NCBI RefSeq assembly: GCF_003334785.1
Contig: NZ_QOWV01000018.1
Strand: one strand, 5' to 3'
Length of the DNA stretch: 64,000 nt
Source of the DNA: Escherichia coli
GTDB lineage: Bacteria; Pseudomonadota; Gammaproteobacteria; Enterobacterales; Enterobacteriaceae
Positions 1 through 10,714 of this stretch are shown here, in pieces. The translations under genes and the position numbers were made by a program. The notes under the pieces are model-generated. The model did no database searches. It was not told where the DNA came from and was given only the letters and a program-made list of their open reading frames with translations. Position 1 is the first letter of the stretch. Each line of letters starts with the position of its first letter.

Positions 1-660
1 TTCGGCGTCGTTCATCCCGTCACCAAACGCAATACAATCCTTCAGGCTGTAGCCCAGTTTCTTCGCCACCGCTTCCAGCGCATGGCCTTTTGAAACGCCG
101 CCCGCCATCACTTCCAGACAGGTTAAGGTAGAGAAACTGACGTTGACGCGATCGCCCCAACGAGCGTTAATCGCCTGCTCCAGCGGCAGCAGTTGTTCAT
201 GGGAATCGCAGGTGAAGAACACTTTGCTGACGCCTTCCGGCTCCAGTAATCCAGGCTCATACAGCGCATATTGGAACACCGCTTCTTTAAAAAAGCGCAT
301 CTCTTCCGGGCGATGGCGATTCATAAACCATTCGTCGTCGCGATAAACGTTAGTAATGATGTCCGGATTGTCGTTGACTACGCCAAACAGATCGCTGGCA
401 ATGTCGCGATCCAGGTTATGAGCAAAAATCAGATTACCATCCAGATCGTGAACGCGCGCACCATTGGAGGTAATCATGTAAGACTTAATCTCCAGATTAT
501 CGCGAATTTGCCCCACATCAACGTGGTGACGACCGGTCGCAAACACAAAGTTGATGCCGCGCGCGGTGAGCAGCTTCAGAGTTTCTTTGGCGTAAGGGGA
601 TAACGTATGGTCGGGAGAAAGTAACGTGCCATCTAAATCAGACGCAACAACCTGGTACAT
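1..660 (-). CDS. yigL: HAD-family sugar phosphatase YigL, 5' portion only (gene runs off the window start)
   Basis: Reverse complement of 600-660 translates MYQVVASDLDGTLLSPDHTL (HAD motif DxDGTL); no stop before the window edge; sits immediately downstream of pldB as in K-12. Confidence 0.75.
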   Translation of the reverse strand, partial: MYQVVASDLDGTLLSPDHTLSPYAKETLKLLTARGINFVFATGRHHVDVGQIRDNLEIKSYMITSNGARVHDLDGNLIFAHNLDRDIASDLFGVVNDNPDIITNVYRDDEWFMNRHRPEEMRFFKEAVFQYALYEPGLLEPEGVSKVFFTCDSHEQLLPLEQAINARWGDRVNVSFSTLTCLEVMAGGVSKGHALEAVAKKLGYSLKDCIAFGDGMNDAE

Positions 661-667
661 AAGAAAT

Positions 668-1690
668 TTAAACCTCTGTAGAGCGGTTTCCGCTGGGTGA
701 GTTATGCCTGTTGAAAAAATCAACGATGGCGTGGAGCGCGACTGAGCGCATTGCGTCCTTTTCAAAAAGGATCTCATGGTAAGCACCTTTAATTACCAAC
801 GGCCGTCCTCCTTCGACAGGATGGCCCGCGGCGGTGCGGAGTTCACAAAAACGGTCATGCATGCGGTTATCCACCACGCGTTCCTCTTCAGCCTGCAAGA
901 GAAGCGTTGGCGTGGCGTCATCACCCGCACCGGCTAACACCTGTTCGCCAGCCAGAATACTTTCGCGTACCCAATGGTAGGTCGGCCCACCGACGCGAAT
1001 CGTTGGGTCATCAGCATAGAAGCGTAAGTTACGTCGATATCGCTGTCTGCTGTGGGTCAGTACGTTGATAGCAAACGGCAACGCGCGCCAGCGCCCGGTG
1101 CCTATTGCATAGCCATCACGGAAACGTGGATGCGCTTCGGCCCAGTTGAGGATCTGCCGTGCCATAAATGACGGCATACGAATCACGATCCCAAACATTG
1201 GCGCAGTTAGCGCAATGGCGTCACATACACCTGGATGGCGTTGCAGAAATAATGTGGAGATCGCACCGCCCATCGAATGTGCCAGTATATAGCGTTTACG
1301 CCACGGACCGGGCTGAACCTCCTGCTGCCAGAATGCCGCCAGATCATCAACATAATCATTAAAGCGATTAACATGCCCGAGATGCGGATCGGCTAACAGG
1401 CGACCGGAACGTCCCTGCCCGCGATGGTCGATGATTAAGACATCAAACCCCAAATGGAACAGGTCATAGGCCAGTTCCGCATATTTTACGTAGCTCTCAA
1501 TACGCCCCGGGCAGATGACTACCACCCGGTCATGGTGCTGTGCGCGAAAACGGACAAAGCGCACCGGAATGTCATCCACACCAGTAAACTCTGCTTCATC
1601 ACGCTGACGCCAGAAATCAGTCAGCGGTCCCATGGTAAAAGCAGCAAACGCGTTTTCTCTTGTTTCCCAGTCTTTTTGCTGCTGAAACAT
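668..1690 (-). CDS. pldB: lysophospholipase L2
   Basis: 340 aa ORF with alpha/beta hydrolase motif HSMGG; length and synteny match K-12 PldB. Confidence 0.93.
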   Translation of the reverse strand: MFQQQKDWETRENAFAAFTMGPLTDFWRQRDEAEFTGVDDIPVRFVRFRAQHHDRVVVICPGRIESYVKYAELAYDLFHLGFDVLIIDHRGQGRSGRLLADPHLGHVNRFNDYVDDLAAFWQQEVQPGPWRKRYILAHSMGGAISTLFLQRHPGVCDAIALTAPMFGIVIRMPSFMARQILNWAEAHPRFRDGYAIGTGRWRALPFAINVLTHSRQRYRRNLRFYADDPTIRVGGPTYHWVRESILAGEQVLAGAGDDATPTLLLQAEEERVVDNRMHDRFCELRTAAGHPVEGGRPLVIKGAYHEILFEKDAMRSVALHAIVDFFNRHNSPSGNRSTEV

Positions 1691-1800
1691 CGGGTAATCT
1701 GCCTCTTAAACCACGTAAAATCGTTTTTTTTAGCGTGCCTGACACAACGCTGCGACAGTAGCGTATTGTGGCACAAAAATAGACACACCGGGAGTTCATC

Positions 1801-2421
1801 ATGACCTTAGAATGGTGGTTTGCCTACCTGCTGACATCGATCATTTTAAGCCTGTCGCCAGGCTCTGGTGCAATCAACACTATGACCACCTCGCTCAACC
1901 ACGGTTATCGCGGCGCGGTGGCGTCTATTGCTGGGCTTCAGACCGGACTGGCGATTCATATTGTGCTGGTTGGCGTGGGGTTGGGGACGCTATTTTCCCG
2001 CTCAGTGATTGCGTTTGAAGTGTTGAAGTGGGCAGGCGCGGCTTACTTGATTTGGCTGGGAATCCAGCAGTGGCGCGCCGCTGGTGCAATTGACCTTAAA
2101 TCGCTGGCCTCTACTCAATCGCGTCGACATTTGTTCCAGCGCGCAGTTTTTGTGAATCTCACCAATCCCAAAAGTATTGTGTTTCTGGCGGCGCTATTTC
2201 CGCAATTCATCATGCCGCAACAGCCGCAACTGATGCAGTATATCGTGCTCGGCGTCACCACTATTGTGGTCGATATTATTGTGATGATCGGTTACGCCAC
2301 CCTTGCTCAACGGATTGCTCTATGGATTAAAGGACCAAAGCAGATGAAGGCGCTGAATAAGATTTTCGGCTCGTTGTTTATGCTGGTGGGAGCGCTGTTA
2401 GCATCGGCGAGGCATGCGTGA
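1801..2421 (+). CDS. rhtB: homoserine/homoserine lactone efflux protein (LysE/RhtB family)
   Basis: 206 aa hydrophobic ORF; divergent neighbour of pldB and convergent with rhtC as in K-12. Confidence 0.9.
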
Positions 2422-2428
2422 AAAATAA

Positions 2429-2462
2429 TGTCGGATGCGGCGTAAACGCCTTATCCGACTTA
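2429..2462. repeat. REP (repetitive extragenic palindromic) element between convergent rhtB and rhtC
   Basis: tgtcggatgcggcgtaaacgccttatccgactta matches the REP consensus GCCGGATGCGGCGTAAACGCCTTATCCGGCCTAC with imperfect dyad. Confidence 0.7.
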
Positions 2463-2482
2463 CTCTGAAGACGCGTCTGGCA

Positions 2483-3103
2483 TCACCGCGAAATAATCAA
2501 ATGAATGCCAAATCCGGCAAATAACGCCCCGGCAAAACCATCAATCCACTTCGCCAGACGTTGATAACCACGGCGCATTTGCGGCAGGGCAAACAGGCTG
2601 GCAACGACGGTAAACCACGCCAGCGTTTCGACAATGATCAGCGCAAAAATGCCCCAGCGCGCGGTAGTGCCAACGTTATCACCGACAAACAATGAGAACA
2701 CCGAGCCAAAGTAGATAATCGCTTTCGGATTAGCGAGATTGGTCAGTAAACCTTTCAGGAAACTGCGCCCACTTTTCGCCAGCTCGACCTGTGGCGCAGG
2801 TGCAGAAACCGCCTCTTTTTTCAGTGCACCACGTAGCATCTGGTAACCCATCCAGCAGAGATACAGGCCACCGCCCACCATAATCAGCGTATGCAGCCAG
2901 GCCATTTTTTCGATAATCAAATGCAGGCCAAGCAGCGCAATCCCAGCCCAAACCATTACGCCGCAGGTAATGCCCAGCACGCCCATCATCGCTTCTTTAC
3001 GGGAACGACTGACAGCGGTCTGAGAGACAAAAAAGAAATCGGGACCGGGGCTCATAAGCGCCACAATGTGCACCATGGCGACGGTGAGAAATAACATCAA
3101 CAT
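2483..3103 (-). CDS. rhtC: threonine efflux protein (LysE/RhtB family)
   Basis: 206 aa ORF, paralogous in length and hydropathy to rhtB; K-12 synteny. Confidence 0.9.
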   Translation of the reverse strand: MLMLFLTVAMVHIVALMSPGPDFFFVSQTAVSRSRKEAMMGVLGITCGVMVWAGIALLGLHLIIEKMAWLHTLIMVGGGLYLCWMGYQMLRGALKKEAVSAPAPQVELAKSGRSFLKGLLTNLANPKAIIYFGSVFSLFVGDNVGTTARWGIFALIIVETLAWFTVVASLFALPQMRRGYQRLAKWIDGFAGALFAGFGIHLIISR

Positions 3104-3166
3104 ACATTTGACTCGCGGGGGAAACGTTTACGGAGTCTTCATACTGGCACTTTTTTATGCTGCTGA

Positions 3167-5002
3167 CTACTCTTCGTCATCGCCATCAACATGCGCACGA
3201 ATCAGCGCCATAAACGGTTTGCCAAAGCGTTCCAGCTTGCGCATCCCAACGCCGTTAACGCTGAGCATTTCGCTGGCGGTGATCGGCATCTGTTCAGCCA
3301 TCTCAATCAAGGTTGCGTCGTTAAACACCACGTACGGCGGGACATTACTTTCATCGGCTATCGATTTACGCAGTTTGCGTAATTTGGCGAACAGTTTGCG
3401 ATCATAGTTGCCGCCGAACGATTTCTGCATCGCTTTCGGTTTGAGCGCCACGATACGCGGCACGGCAAGTTGCAAAGAGGATTCGCCGCGCAGCACCGGG
3501 CGCGCGGCCTCTGTCAGTTGTAGGGCAGAATGCTGGGCAATATTTTGCGTCACCAGGCCGAGGTGAATCAGCTGGCGGATCACGCTCACCCAATGTTCAT
3601 GGCTTTTATCACGGCCCATGCCATAGACTTTCAGTTTGTCATGACCATAGTCGCGGATACGCTGGTTATTAGCACCACGAATCACTTCCACCACATAACC
3701 CATCCCAAACCGCTGATTCACACGACCAATGGTGGAAAGGGCAATCTGAGCATCGGTTGAACCGTCGTACTGTTTCGGCGGATCGAGGCAGATATCGCAG
3801 TTCCCGCACGGCTCCTGACGCCCTTCGCCAAAATAGTTCAGCAATACCAGACGACGGCAAGTTTGCGCTTCGGCAAACGCGCCCATCGCATTGAGTTTGT
3901 GGCGCTCGATATCCTGCAACTGCCCCTGCGGCTTCTCTTCCAGACAACGGCGCAGCCACGCCATATCAGCCGGATCGTAAAACAGCATCGCTTCCGCGGG
4001 CAGGCCATCACGCCCGGCGCGTCCGGTTTCCTGATAATAGGATTCGATATTGCGCGGAATATCAAAGTGGACCACGAAGCGAACGTTTGGTTTATTGATG
4101 CCCATGCCGAACGCCACCGTCGCCACCACAATTTGCAGGTCATCGCGCTGGAATTTTTCCTGCACATCGGCGCGAACATTATTTTCCAGCCCGGCATGAT
4201 AGGCCGCCGCGCTAATTCCCTTGCTTTGCAGGCGCGCAGCGGTGTCTTCTACTTTCGCGCGGCTGTTGCAGTAGATAATGCCTGACTTACCGCGCTGTTC
4301 CTGCACGTAGCGCATCAACTGATCGAGCGGTTTGAACTTCTCCATCAGCATGTAGCGAATATTCGGACGGTCAAAACTGCTGATTTGAATCAGCGGATCG
4401 TTCAGCCCCAGCAGGCGCACGATATCCTGGCGCGTGGTGTCGTCGGCTGTGGCGGTCAGCGCCATAAACGGCAGCGTCGGGAACCGCTGGCGCAACTGAC
4501 CGAGCGCGGCATATTCCGGGCGGAAATCGTGGCCCCATTGGGAGATACAGTGCGCTTCATCAACGGCTAATAACACCGGATTCCAGTGCGCCAGATGCTC
4601 AAGAAAGTTATCCAGCATCAGGCGTTCCGGGGCGATATAAAGCAGACGAATTTGCCCGGTGCGGCAGCCTGTCATCACTTCAAGTTGCTGTTCGCGGGTT
4701 TGCGTCGAGTTAAGGCACGCCGCCGCCACGCCGTTGGCTTGCAGTTGATCCACCTGATCTTTCATCAACGAAATCAGCGGTGAAACAACCACGGTAAGGC
4801 CGTTTAGCAATAAGGCAGGGATTTGATAGCAAAGGGATTTTCCGCCACCAGTGGGCATGACGACGAGGCAATCGCGGCCGGAAAGCACAGTGTCGATAAT
4901 TTCTTCCTGGCCGGGGCGAAACTGTTGGTAGCCAAAGGTTTCTTGTAAAACCTGTTTAGCTCCGGACTCCAGATTCAACACTTCCGCCTGCGCCACATTC
5001 AC
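3167..5002 (-). CDS. recQ: ATP-dependent DNA helicase RecQ
   Basis: 611 aa ORF with DEAH box ([21 protein letters not shown]), Zn-binding cysteines and HRDC region; annotated start may be the GTG two codons downstream (4996). Confidence 0.95.
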   Translation of the reverse strand: MNVAQAEVLNLESGAKQVLQETFGYQQFRPGQEEIIDTVLSGRDCLVVMPTGGGKSLCYQIPALLLNGLTVVVSPLISLMKDQVDQLQANGVAAACLNSTQTREQQLEVMTGCRTGQIRLLYIAPERLMLDNFLEHLAHWNPVLLAVDEAHCISQWGHDFRPEYAALGQLRQRFPTLPFMALTATADDTTRQDIVRLLGLNDPLIQISSFDRPNIRYMLMEKFKPLDQLMRYVQEQRGKSGIIYCNSRAKVEDTAARLQSKGISAAAYHAGLENNVRADVQEKFQRDDLQIVVATVAFGMGINKPNVRFVVHFDIPRNIESYYQETGRAGRDGLPAEAMLFYDPADMAWLRRCLEEKPQGQLQDIERHKLNAMGAFAEAQTCRRLVLLNYFGEGRQEPCGNCDICLDPPKQYDGSTDAQIALSTIGRVNQRFGMGYVVEVIRGANNQRIRDYGHDKLKVYGMGRDKSHEHWVSVIRQLIHLGLVTQNIAQHSALQLTEAARPVLRGESSLQLAVPRIVALKPKAMQKSFGGNYDRKLFAKLRKLRKSIADESNVPPYVVFNDATLIEMAEQMPITASEMLSVNGVGMRKLERFGKPFMALIRAHVDGDDEE

Positions 5003-5128
5003 CCCGATTGCCTGAAATAAAAACAGGCGCTATTTTCAGCGCCTGCGCGAGAAACTGCAATGCTTTTAGTCTCTGAGAGGGTAATCCTGGATGCTGGATT
5101 CCAGATTTGCCAACCACTCAACCGTTCA

Positions 5129-5998
5129 TCAAAACAAATCGTTTAGCATAACCCCCACACCGACACGGGTCTGGTTGAAGTTATAGTCGATGAGCGATTC
5201 GCCATAGCCGCTGTAAACCTGAGTATAAAGGCGCACATGTTTGGTGATCGGGTAACTTAAGCCTAACTCCGCGCCGCCGTAGCCGGTGTTCCAGTTGTAC
5301 TGTCCTTTCGCACTGAGCACCGCATCACCGAGGTGATAGCCGATTTTAAGCTGGTAGTAACCCATATATTTGGTGATATCCGGGTTATCGTCAGTATTAC
5401 CCACCACATACCACGGCTTCACTTCTACCAGCCAGTTACCGTTTTCTGCCATCAGGCGAGTATAAAGGCGGTTCCAGCTGCGGGAGGTCGGGTCGGAACG
5501 CCCGTTAGAGTCGTGGTTATACCCCATCTCCACATCGCGCAGCGTCCAACCTGCAAAACGGTAATCGGTGGCAAAACCGAGGAACAATTGCGGTTCGTAG
5601 TTGGTTTCACGAAACGGTGAAGACTCTTCGCTATTGGACAGTTGCCACCAGGATTTTTGCGTATAAGACGCACCCAACACCGAGTTCGGGCCTAAAATCC
5701 CACGCCACAGCGGAAATGCCAGGCTCAACTGAAACTTTACTTCATCCTTACGCGCATTTTCCGCCCAGTCGTAACTGGCAATCGCTTCTTTATTCAGATC
5801 GCTGGTTTGGGTGTAAATGAGGTAGTTGGTGTCATAAGGATAGAGCGTGAACGGATTGTCATGCTCCTGCAGCATATTGGCGATAATACTGCCACGCACC
5901 GCTGGCGCGTCATGCACCTCTTTCACCGTTGCCTCTTGTGCATATACTGCCATAGGCAACATAAACACCGGCAACAACCAGCCCTGCAGAGTCCGCAT
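5129..5998 (-). CDS. pldA: outer membrane phospholipase A (OMPLA)
   Basis: 289 aa ORF with signal peptide and beta-barrel-like alternating pattern; K-12 synteny. Confidence 0.93.
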   Translation of the reverse strand: MRTLQGWLLPVFMLPMAVYAQEATVKEVHDAPAVRGSIIANMLQEHDNPFTLYPYDTNYLIYTQTSDLNKEAIASYDWAENARKDEVKFQLSLAFPLWRGILGPNSVLGASYTQKSWWQLSNSEESSPFRETNYEPQLFLGFATDYRFAGWTLRDVEMGYNHDSNGRSDPTSRSWNRLYTRLMAENGNWLVEVKPWYVVGNTDDNPDITKYMGYYQLKIGYHLGDAVLSAKGQYNWNTGYGGAELGLSYPITKHVRLYTQVYSGYGESLIDYNFNQTRVGVGVMLNDLF

Positions 5999-6162
5999 CG
6001 GTCGTGTTCTCCGTAACGAATTATTGATAAGGTGAATATTTTTCTGCGGGCTATTTTACATACTTAACTCCATAGCCGTTAGTTATCCCTTCCTAAAGTA
6101 GAAACCAACAACAAAGAAGCATAAAATCAACATTTCATTAACCAATGAAGTGTAAGGATGAT

Positions 6163-6630
6163 ATGTCTGCCGTACTGACCGCTGAACAAGCCCTGAAATT
6201 AGTGGGTGAGATGTTTGTTTATCACATGCCATTTAACCGCGCATTGGGGATGGAACTGGAGCGTTACGAAAAAGAGTTCGCACAGCTGGCCTTTAAAAAT
6301 CAGCCAATGATGGTGGGCAACTGGGCGCAAAGCATTTTGCACGGCGGGGTCATTGCGTCGGCGCTGGATGTCGCCGCCGGTCTGGTGTGCGTGGGAAGTA
6401 CCTTAACCCGCCACGAAACCATCAGTGAAGATGAACTACGCCAGCGGCTATCGCGGATGGGGACCATTGATCTTCGCGTTGATTATCTGCGCCCAGGCAG
6501 GGGCGAGCGTTTTACTGCTACTAGTAGCCTGTTGCGTGCAGGCAATAAAGTCGCCGTCGCCCGCGTTGAATTACACAATGAAGAACAGCTTTATATTGCC
6601 AGTGCCACCGCCACCTATATGGTAGGTTGA
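6163..6630 (+). CDS. yigI: PaaI/YigI-family hotdog-fold thioesterase
   Basis: Track ORF 6145-6630; canonical start at internal Met (MSAVLTAEQ...) gives 155 aa. Confidence 0.85.
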   Translation: MSAVLTAEQALKLVGEMFVYHMPFNRALGMELERYEKEFAQLAFKNQPMMVGNWAQSILHGGVIASALDVAAGLVCVGSTLTRHETISEDELRQRLSRMGTIDLRVDYLRPGRGERFTATSSLLRAGNKVAVARVELHNEEQLYIASATATYMVG

Positions 6631-6681
6631 AGACATAAAAGCAGGTAAACTGCTGTTACCAATTAAAAATGAGTATTCCCG

Positions 6682-7572
6682 ATGGATGCAAAACAAACGC
6701 GGCAGGGCGTATTACTCGCTCTTGCCGCTTATTTTATTTGGGGTATAGCGCCAGCGTACTTCAAGTTGATTTACTACGTGCCCGCCGATGAAATCCTGAC
6801 GCATCGCGTGATCTGGTCGTTTTTCTTTATGGTGGTGCTGATGAGCATTTGCCGCCAGTGGTCCTATTTAAAAACGCTGATTCAGACGCCACAGAAAATT
6901 TTTATGCTGGCAGTCTCTGCCGTGCTGATTGGTGGCAACTGGCTACTGTTTATCTGGGCGGTGAACAATCACCATATGCTGGAAGCGAGCCTTGGTTACT
7001 TTATTAACCCGCTGGTGAACATTGTGCTGGGGATGATTTTCCTCGGCGAGCGATTCCGCCGGATGCAATGGCTGGCGGTGATTCTGGCGATATGTGGCGT
7101 GTTAGTCCAGCTGTGGACTTTTGGTTCGCTACCTATTATCGCGCTGGGACTGGCATTTAGTTTTGCCTTCTACGGTCTGGTACGCAAGAAGATTGCCGTT
7201 GAAGCGCAAACCGGCATGTTAATCGAAACCATGTGGCTGCTGCCCGTGGCGGCAATTTACCTGTTTGCTATTGCCGACAGCTCAACCAGCCATATGGGGC
7301 AAAACCCGATGTCGCTGAATTTACTGCTGATCGCCGCCGGTATTGTCACTACCGTACCGCTGTTGTGTTTTACCGCCGCTGCCACGCGCTTGCGTCTCTC
7401 AACGTTAGGCTTTTTCCAGTACATTGGCCCGACGCTGATGTTCCTGCTGGCTGTGACGTTTTATGGTGAAAAACCGGGTGCCGATAAGATGGTGACTTTC
7501 GCCTTTATTTGGGTGGCGCTGGCAATTTTTGTGATGGATGCGATTTATACGCAGCGTAGAACGTCCAAATAA
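6682..7572 (+). CDS. rarD: EamA/DMT-family transporter RarD
   Basis: 296 aa polytopic membrane ORF; K-12 synteny. Confidence 0.9.
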   Translation: MDAKQTRQGVLLALAAYFIWGIAPAYFKLIYYVPADEILTHRVIWSFFFMVVLMSICRQWSYLKTLIQTPQKIFMLAVSAVLIGGNWLLFIWAVNNHHMLEASLGYFINPLVNIVLGMIFLGERFRRMQWLAVILAICGVLVQLWTFGSLPIIALGLAFSFAFYGLVRKKIAVEAQTGMLIETMWLLPVAAIYLFAIADSSTSHMGQNPMSLNLLLIAAGIVTTVPLLCFTAAATRLRLSTLGFFQYIGPTLMFLLAVTFYGEKPGADKMVTFAFIWVALAIFVMDAIYTQRRTSK

Positions 7573-7666
7573 AAAATAAATATATTCTGAAAAAATATGC
7601 CGACTCTTGCATGAGAGTGGGCATATTGCCATGCTGACCGGAGACTCATACAAGGATGTAAAATTT

Positions 7667-8047
7667 ATGTTACGTATATTTATCCCAACATCTAACGGTA
7701 AGATTTCCAGACGTCGTTATATATTTTCATTTATTTTAATAAATTTCATTTTTGCCTTTCTTATTATCTTTTTTAACGATGGAGAAGCAGGCTTTCTTGT
7801 TATAGTCTCTACCATCGTACTCCATTATCTCGTCATCAACATGAATTGCCAGCGACTCCGTGATAGTGGTTTCATCTATATAAAAACTTATGTTTTTGGT
7901 ACATTAGCAGTATATATCATCTCTATCATCACAATGATAGCCGAAGATTTTGCCTGTTCAGGCAATGGTTCGATGATTTTTTTGATTTGTTATTTTTCCA
8001 CTTTCAGTATGCTAATGCTTGCACCTACTGATTCATCAAAACAATAG
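7667..8047 (+). CDS. yigG: small inner membrane protein YigG
   Basis: Track ORF 7607-8047 starts at TTG; internal ATG at 7667 is preceded by AAGGA and gives 126 aa; very AT-rich hydrophobic ORF. Confidence 0.6.
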
Positions 8048-8060
8048 TTATGGAGTATTT

Positions 8061-8441
8061 ATGAGTAAGGAATATATGAACGATGGTTCATTAAGTGAAA
8101 AATGGAAATACCGATTTAATTTTTATGATCAACATGGTTTTCCTGGATTCTGGGGGGCAACACCAGAATATAAAGCAGCATTTAAAGCATTAAAAGTAAG
8201 ACAACGCTTAACTATTCAAATGAATTTCATTGCTTTCTTCTGTTCCTGGATATATTTATTTGTCCTGGGGTTATGGAAAAAAGCAATTATAGTTCTATTA
8301 CTTGGTATTCTATCTCTATTTGTTGGTGCACTAATTGGCGTTAACATTCTGGGAATTGCCGTAGCAGCCTATGTTGCTGTTAACACGAACAAATGGTTCT
8401 ATGAGAAAGAGGTAAAAGGGTTAAATACCTGGAGCCTTTGA
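8061..8441 (+). CDS. yigF: small membrane protein YigF (DUF2628-like)
   Basis: Track ORF 8019-8441; internal start MSKEYMNDG gives 126 aa; AT-rich, two predicted TM segments. Confidence 0.6.
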   Translation: MSKEYMNDGSLSEKWKYRFNFYDQHGFPGFWGATPEYKAAFKALKVRQRLTIQMNFIAFFCSWIYLFVLGLWKKAIIVLLLGILSLFVGALIGVNILGIAVAAYVAVNTNKWFYEKEVKGLNTWSL

Positions 8442-8483
8442 ATAACAGGTGGCTTAGCCAGACTAAGCCACCGCTCTCGTTTT

Positions 8484-9434
8484 TTACAACCAGTTCTTCC
8501 GCTTAAAGTACAGATACGGTGCCAGGCCCGCGAGGATCATAAAGATAATCGCGCCAGGGTAGCCGAAGCTCCACTTCAGTTCTGGCATAAACTCAAAGTT
8601 CATGCCATAGCTGGAAGCAACGAGCGTCGGCGGCAGGAATACCACGGATACCACCGAGAAGATTTTGATGATGCGGTTCTGCTCGATGTTGATAAAACCC
8701 ATTGCCGCCTGCATCAGGAAGTTCACCTTCTGGAACAGGGATTCGTTATGCGGCAGCAGGGATTCGATATCTCGCAGGATTTCACGCGCCTGCTCCAGTT
8801 GCCCACCCGGTAAACGCGCTTTACGCACCAGGAAGTTGAGCGCGCGCTGGGTATCCATCAGACACAGGCGAACTTTCCAGCCGATATCTTCCAGTTCCGC
8901 CAGAGTGGAGAGCGCCTCGTCGTACTCATCGCCCTGATGCCCTTCCATAATCACCCGGCTCAACTGCTCCAGGTCGCTATAGATATTTTCAATTTCATCT
9001 GCCAACTGTTCGATTTTGGTTTCGAACAGATCCAGCAGCAACTCGTAGGCGTTACCGTCTACCATCGACTGGCTACGGGCACGCATACGATACAGACGAA
9101 AAGCGGGCAGTTCACGCTCACGCAGAGTAAACAGACGACCATCACGGATGGTAAATGCCACAGTGGAGTTACCGGCGTGATCTTCCGCATCTTCAAAGAA
9201 GAAGAAGGAGTGAATATGCAGGCCGTCGTCGTCTTCAAAGAAACGTGCCGATGCTTCGATGTCTTCCAGTTCCGGGCGGGTTGCCAGGCTCTGGCCAAGT
9301 TCAGATTGTACGCGCAGTCGCTCGTCGTCGTCCGGTTCGACAAGATCAATCCATACTGCATTTACAAGGGGTTGTGACTCTTCGACTTCCAGCCGGGTCA
9401 GTCGGTTATTTTCCAGTTGAAATGCGCTCAGCAT
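8484..9434 (-). CDS. corA: magnesium/cobalt transport protein CorA
   Basis: Canonical start MLSAFQ gives 316 aa; C-terminal YGMNF motif present. Confidence 0.95.
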   Translation of the reverse strand: MLSAFQLENNRLTRLEVEESQPLVNAVWIDLVEPDDDERLRVQSELGQSLATRPELEDIEASARFFEDDDGLHIHSFFFFEDAEDHAGNSTVAFTIRDGRLFTLRERELPAFRLYRMRARSQSMVDGNAYELLLDLFETKIEQLADEIENIYSDLEQLSRVIMEGHQGDEYDEALSTLAELEDIGWKVRLCLMDTQRALNFLVRKARLPGGQLEQAREILRDIESLLPHNESLFQKVNFLMQAAMGFINIEQNRIIKIFSVVSVVFLPPTLVASSYGMNFEFMPELKWSFGYPGAIIFMILAGLAPYLYFKRKNWL

Positions 9435-9803
9435 GACCGGGACTCCCAATGCTTAAAATATCGGACAGTTCGGTGGGCACACAGAAACAAATTGGGTTTC
9501 AGACCATTAAACAGCCTGACTCAGCGCGACGGGAAAAATTGAGGTCGCTGACAACCGCTAAGGCTATCAGCAAAAAGGGATAGCCTTAGGAGTTGATCCT
9601 GGATGACAGGATAGTGAGCCAGTATCTACTGGGTGTGTCCAAGGCGAATGTCCTCTTAGAGTGATCGTGCGCGCATGTTACGCCAGCAAAATTTTGCCGT
9701 CAACACGCAACAGAACACCACAGAACAATAGTTGAACTTCGCGCTTTTTGGTACTCGTCAAGGTCGCTAACAGGATAAAAAAATCCCACATCCAGGACCT
9801 ATA

Positions 9804-10568
9804 ATGGCGCATCAGCTACTCATTGGTAAAGGAATGATCACCTTGAATCTCAAACGGATTTTTCTCGCCCTCACCTTACTTCCCTTGTTTGCTGTTGCCG
9901 CTGATGATTGCGCACTCTCAGATCCGACGCTGACCGTACAGGCGTATACCGTTAATCCTCAAACAGAGCGGGTGAAAATGTACTGGCAAAAAGCCAATGG
10001 CGAAGCGTGGGGAACGTTACATGCTCTGCTGGCGGATATTAATAGTCAGGGTCAGGTGCAGATGGCGATGAACGGCGGCATCTATGATGAAAGCTATGCG
10101 CCGCTCGGTTTGTACATCGAAAACGGTCAGCAGAAGGTGGCGTTAAATCTCGCTTCAGGTGAAGGGAATTTCTTTATCCGTCCTGGCGGCGTGTTTTATG
10201 TCGCGGGAGATAAAGTCGGCATCGTTCGTCTGGATGCCTTCAAAACCAGTAAAGAGATTCAGTTTGCGGTGCAGTCAGGGCCAATGTTGATGGAAAACGG
10301 TGTAATTAATCCGCGTATTCATCCCAACGTCGCCTCAAGCAAAATTCGTAACGGTGTTGGGATTAATAAACATGGGAACGCCGTGTTTTTGTTGAGCCAG
10401 CAGGCAACAAATTTTTATGATTTTGCCTGTTATGCCAAAGCGAAACTGAACGTTGAGCAGCTGCTTTATCTTGATGGCACGATTTCACATATGTATATGA
10501 AAGGCGGGGCAATCCCGTGGCAACGCTATCCTTTTGTCACCATGATTTCCGTCGAGCGGAAAGGTTAA
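9804..10568 (+). CDS. yigE: DUF2233-family protein YigE
   Basis: 254 aa ORF; sits between corA and uvrD as in K-12. Confidence 0.85.
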   Translation: MAHQLLIGKGMITLNLKRIFLALTLLPLFAVAADDCALSDPTLTVQAYTVNPQTERVKMYWQKANGEAWGTLHALLADINSQGQVQMAMNGGIYDESYAPLGLYIENGQQKVALNLASGEGNFFIRPGGVFYVAGDKVGIVRLDAFKTSKEIQFAVQSGPMLMENGVINPRIHPNVASSKIRNGVGINKHGNAVFLLSQQATNFYDFACYAKAKLNVEQLLYLDGTISHMYMKGGAIPWQRYPFVTMISVERKG

Positions 10569-10607
10569 AACGATAGTTTTGTGTCAGATACTGAAGATGG
10601 CGCAGAT

Positions 10608-10711
10608 GCCGGATGCGGCGTAAACGCCCTATCCGGCCTACATGACGTTGCAATTTATTGAATCTGAATGATTTTTTAGGCCAAATAAGGTGCGCAGCAC
10701 CGCATCCGGCA
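10608..10711. repeat. BIME/RIP element: two inverted REP palindromes flanking an AT-rich IHF-type core
   Basis: REP gccggatgcggcgtaaacgccctatccggcctac (10608-10641), core ttgcaatttattgaat, inverted REP aggccaaataaggtgcgcagcaccgcatccggca (10679-10711). Confidence 0.75.
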
Positions 10712-10714
10712 ACG

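Noticed and set aside
7573-8441. AT-rich yigG-yigF segment considered as a possible mobile element or defence-island insertion
   Set aside because: No integrase, transposase, direct repeats, tRNA attachment site or defence-type domains. Only two small membrane proteins; kept as a compositional-anomaly finding, not called a mobile element.
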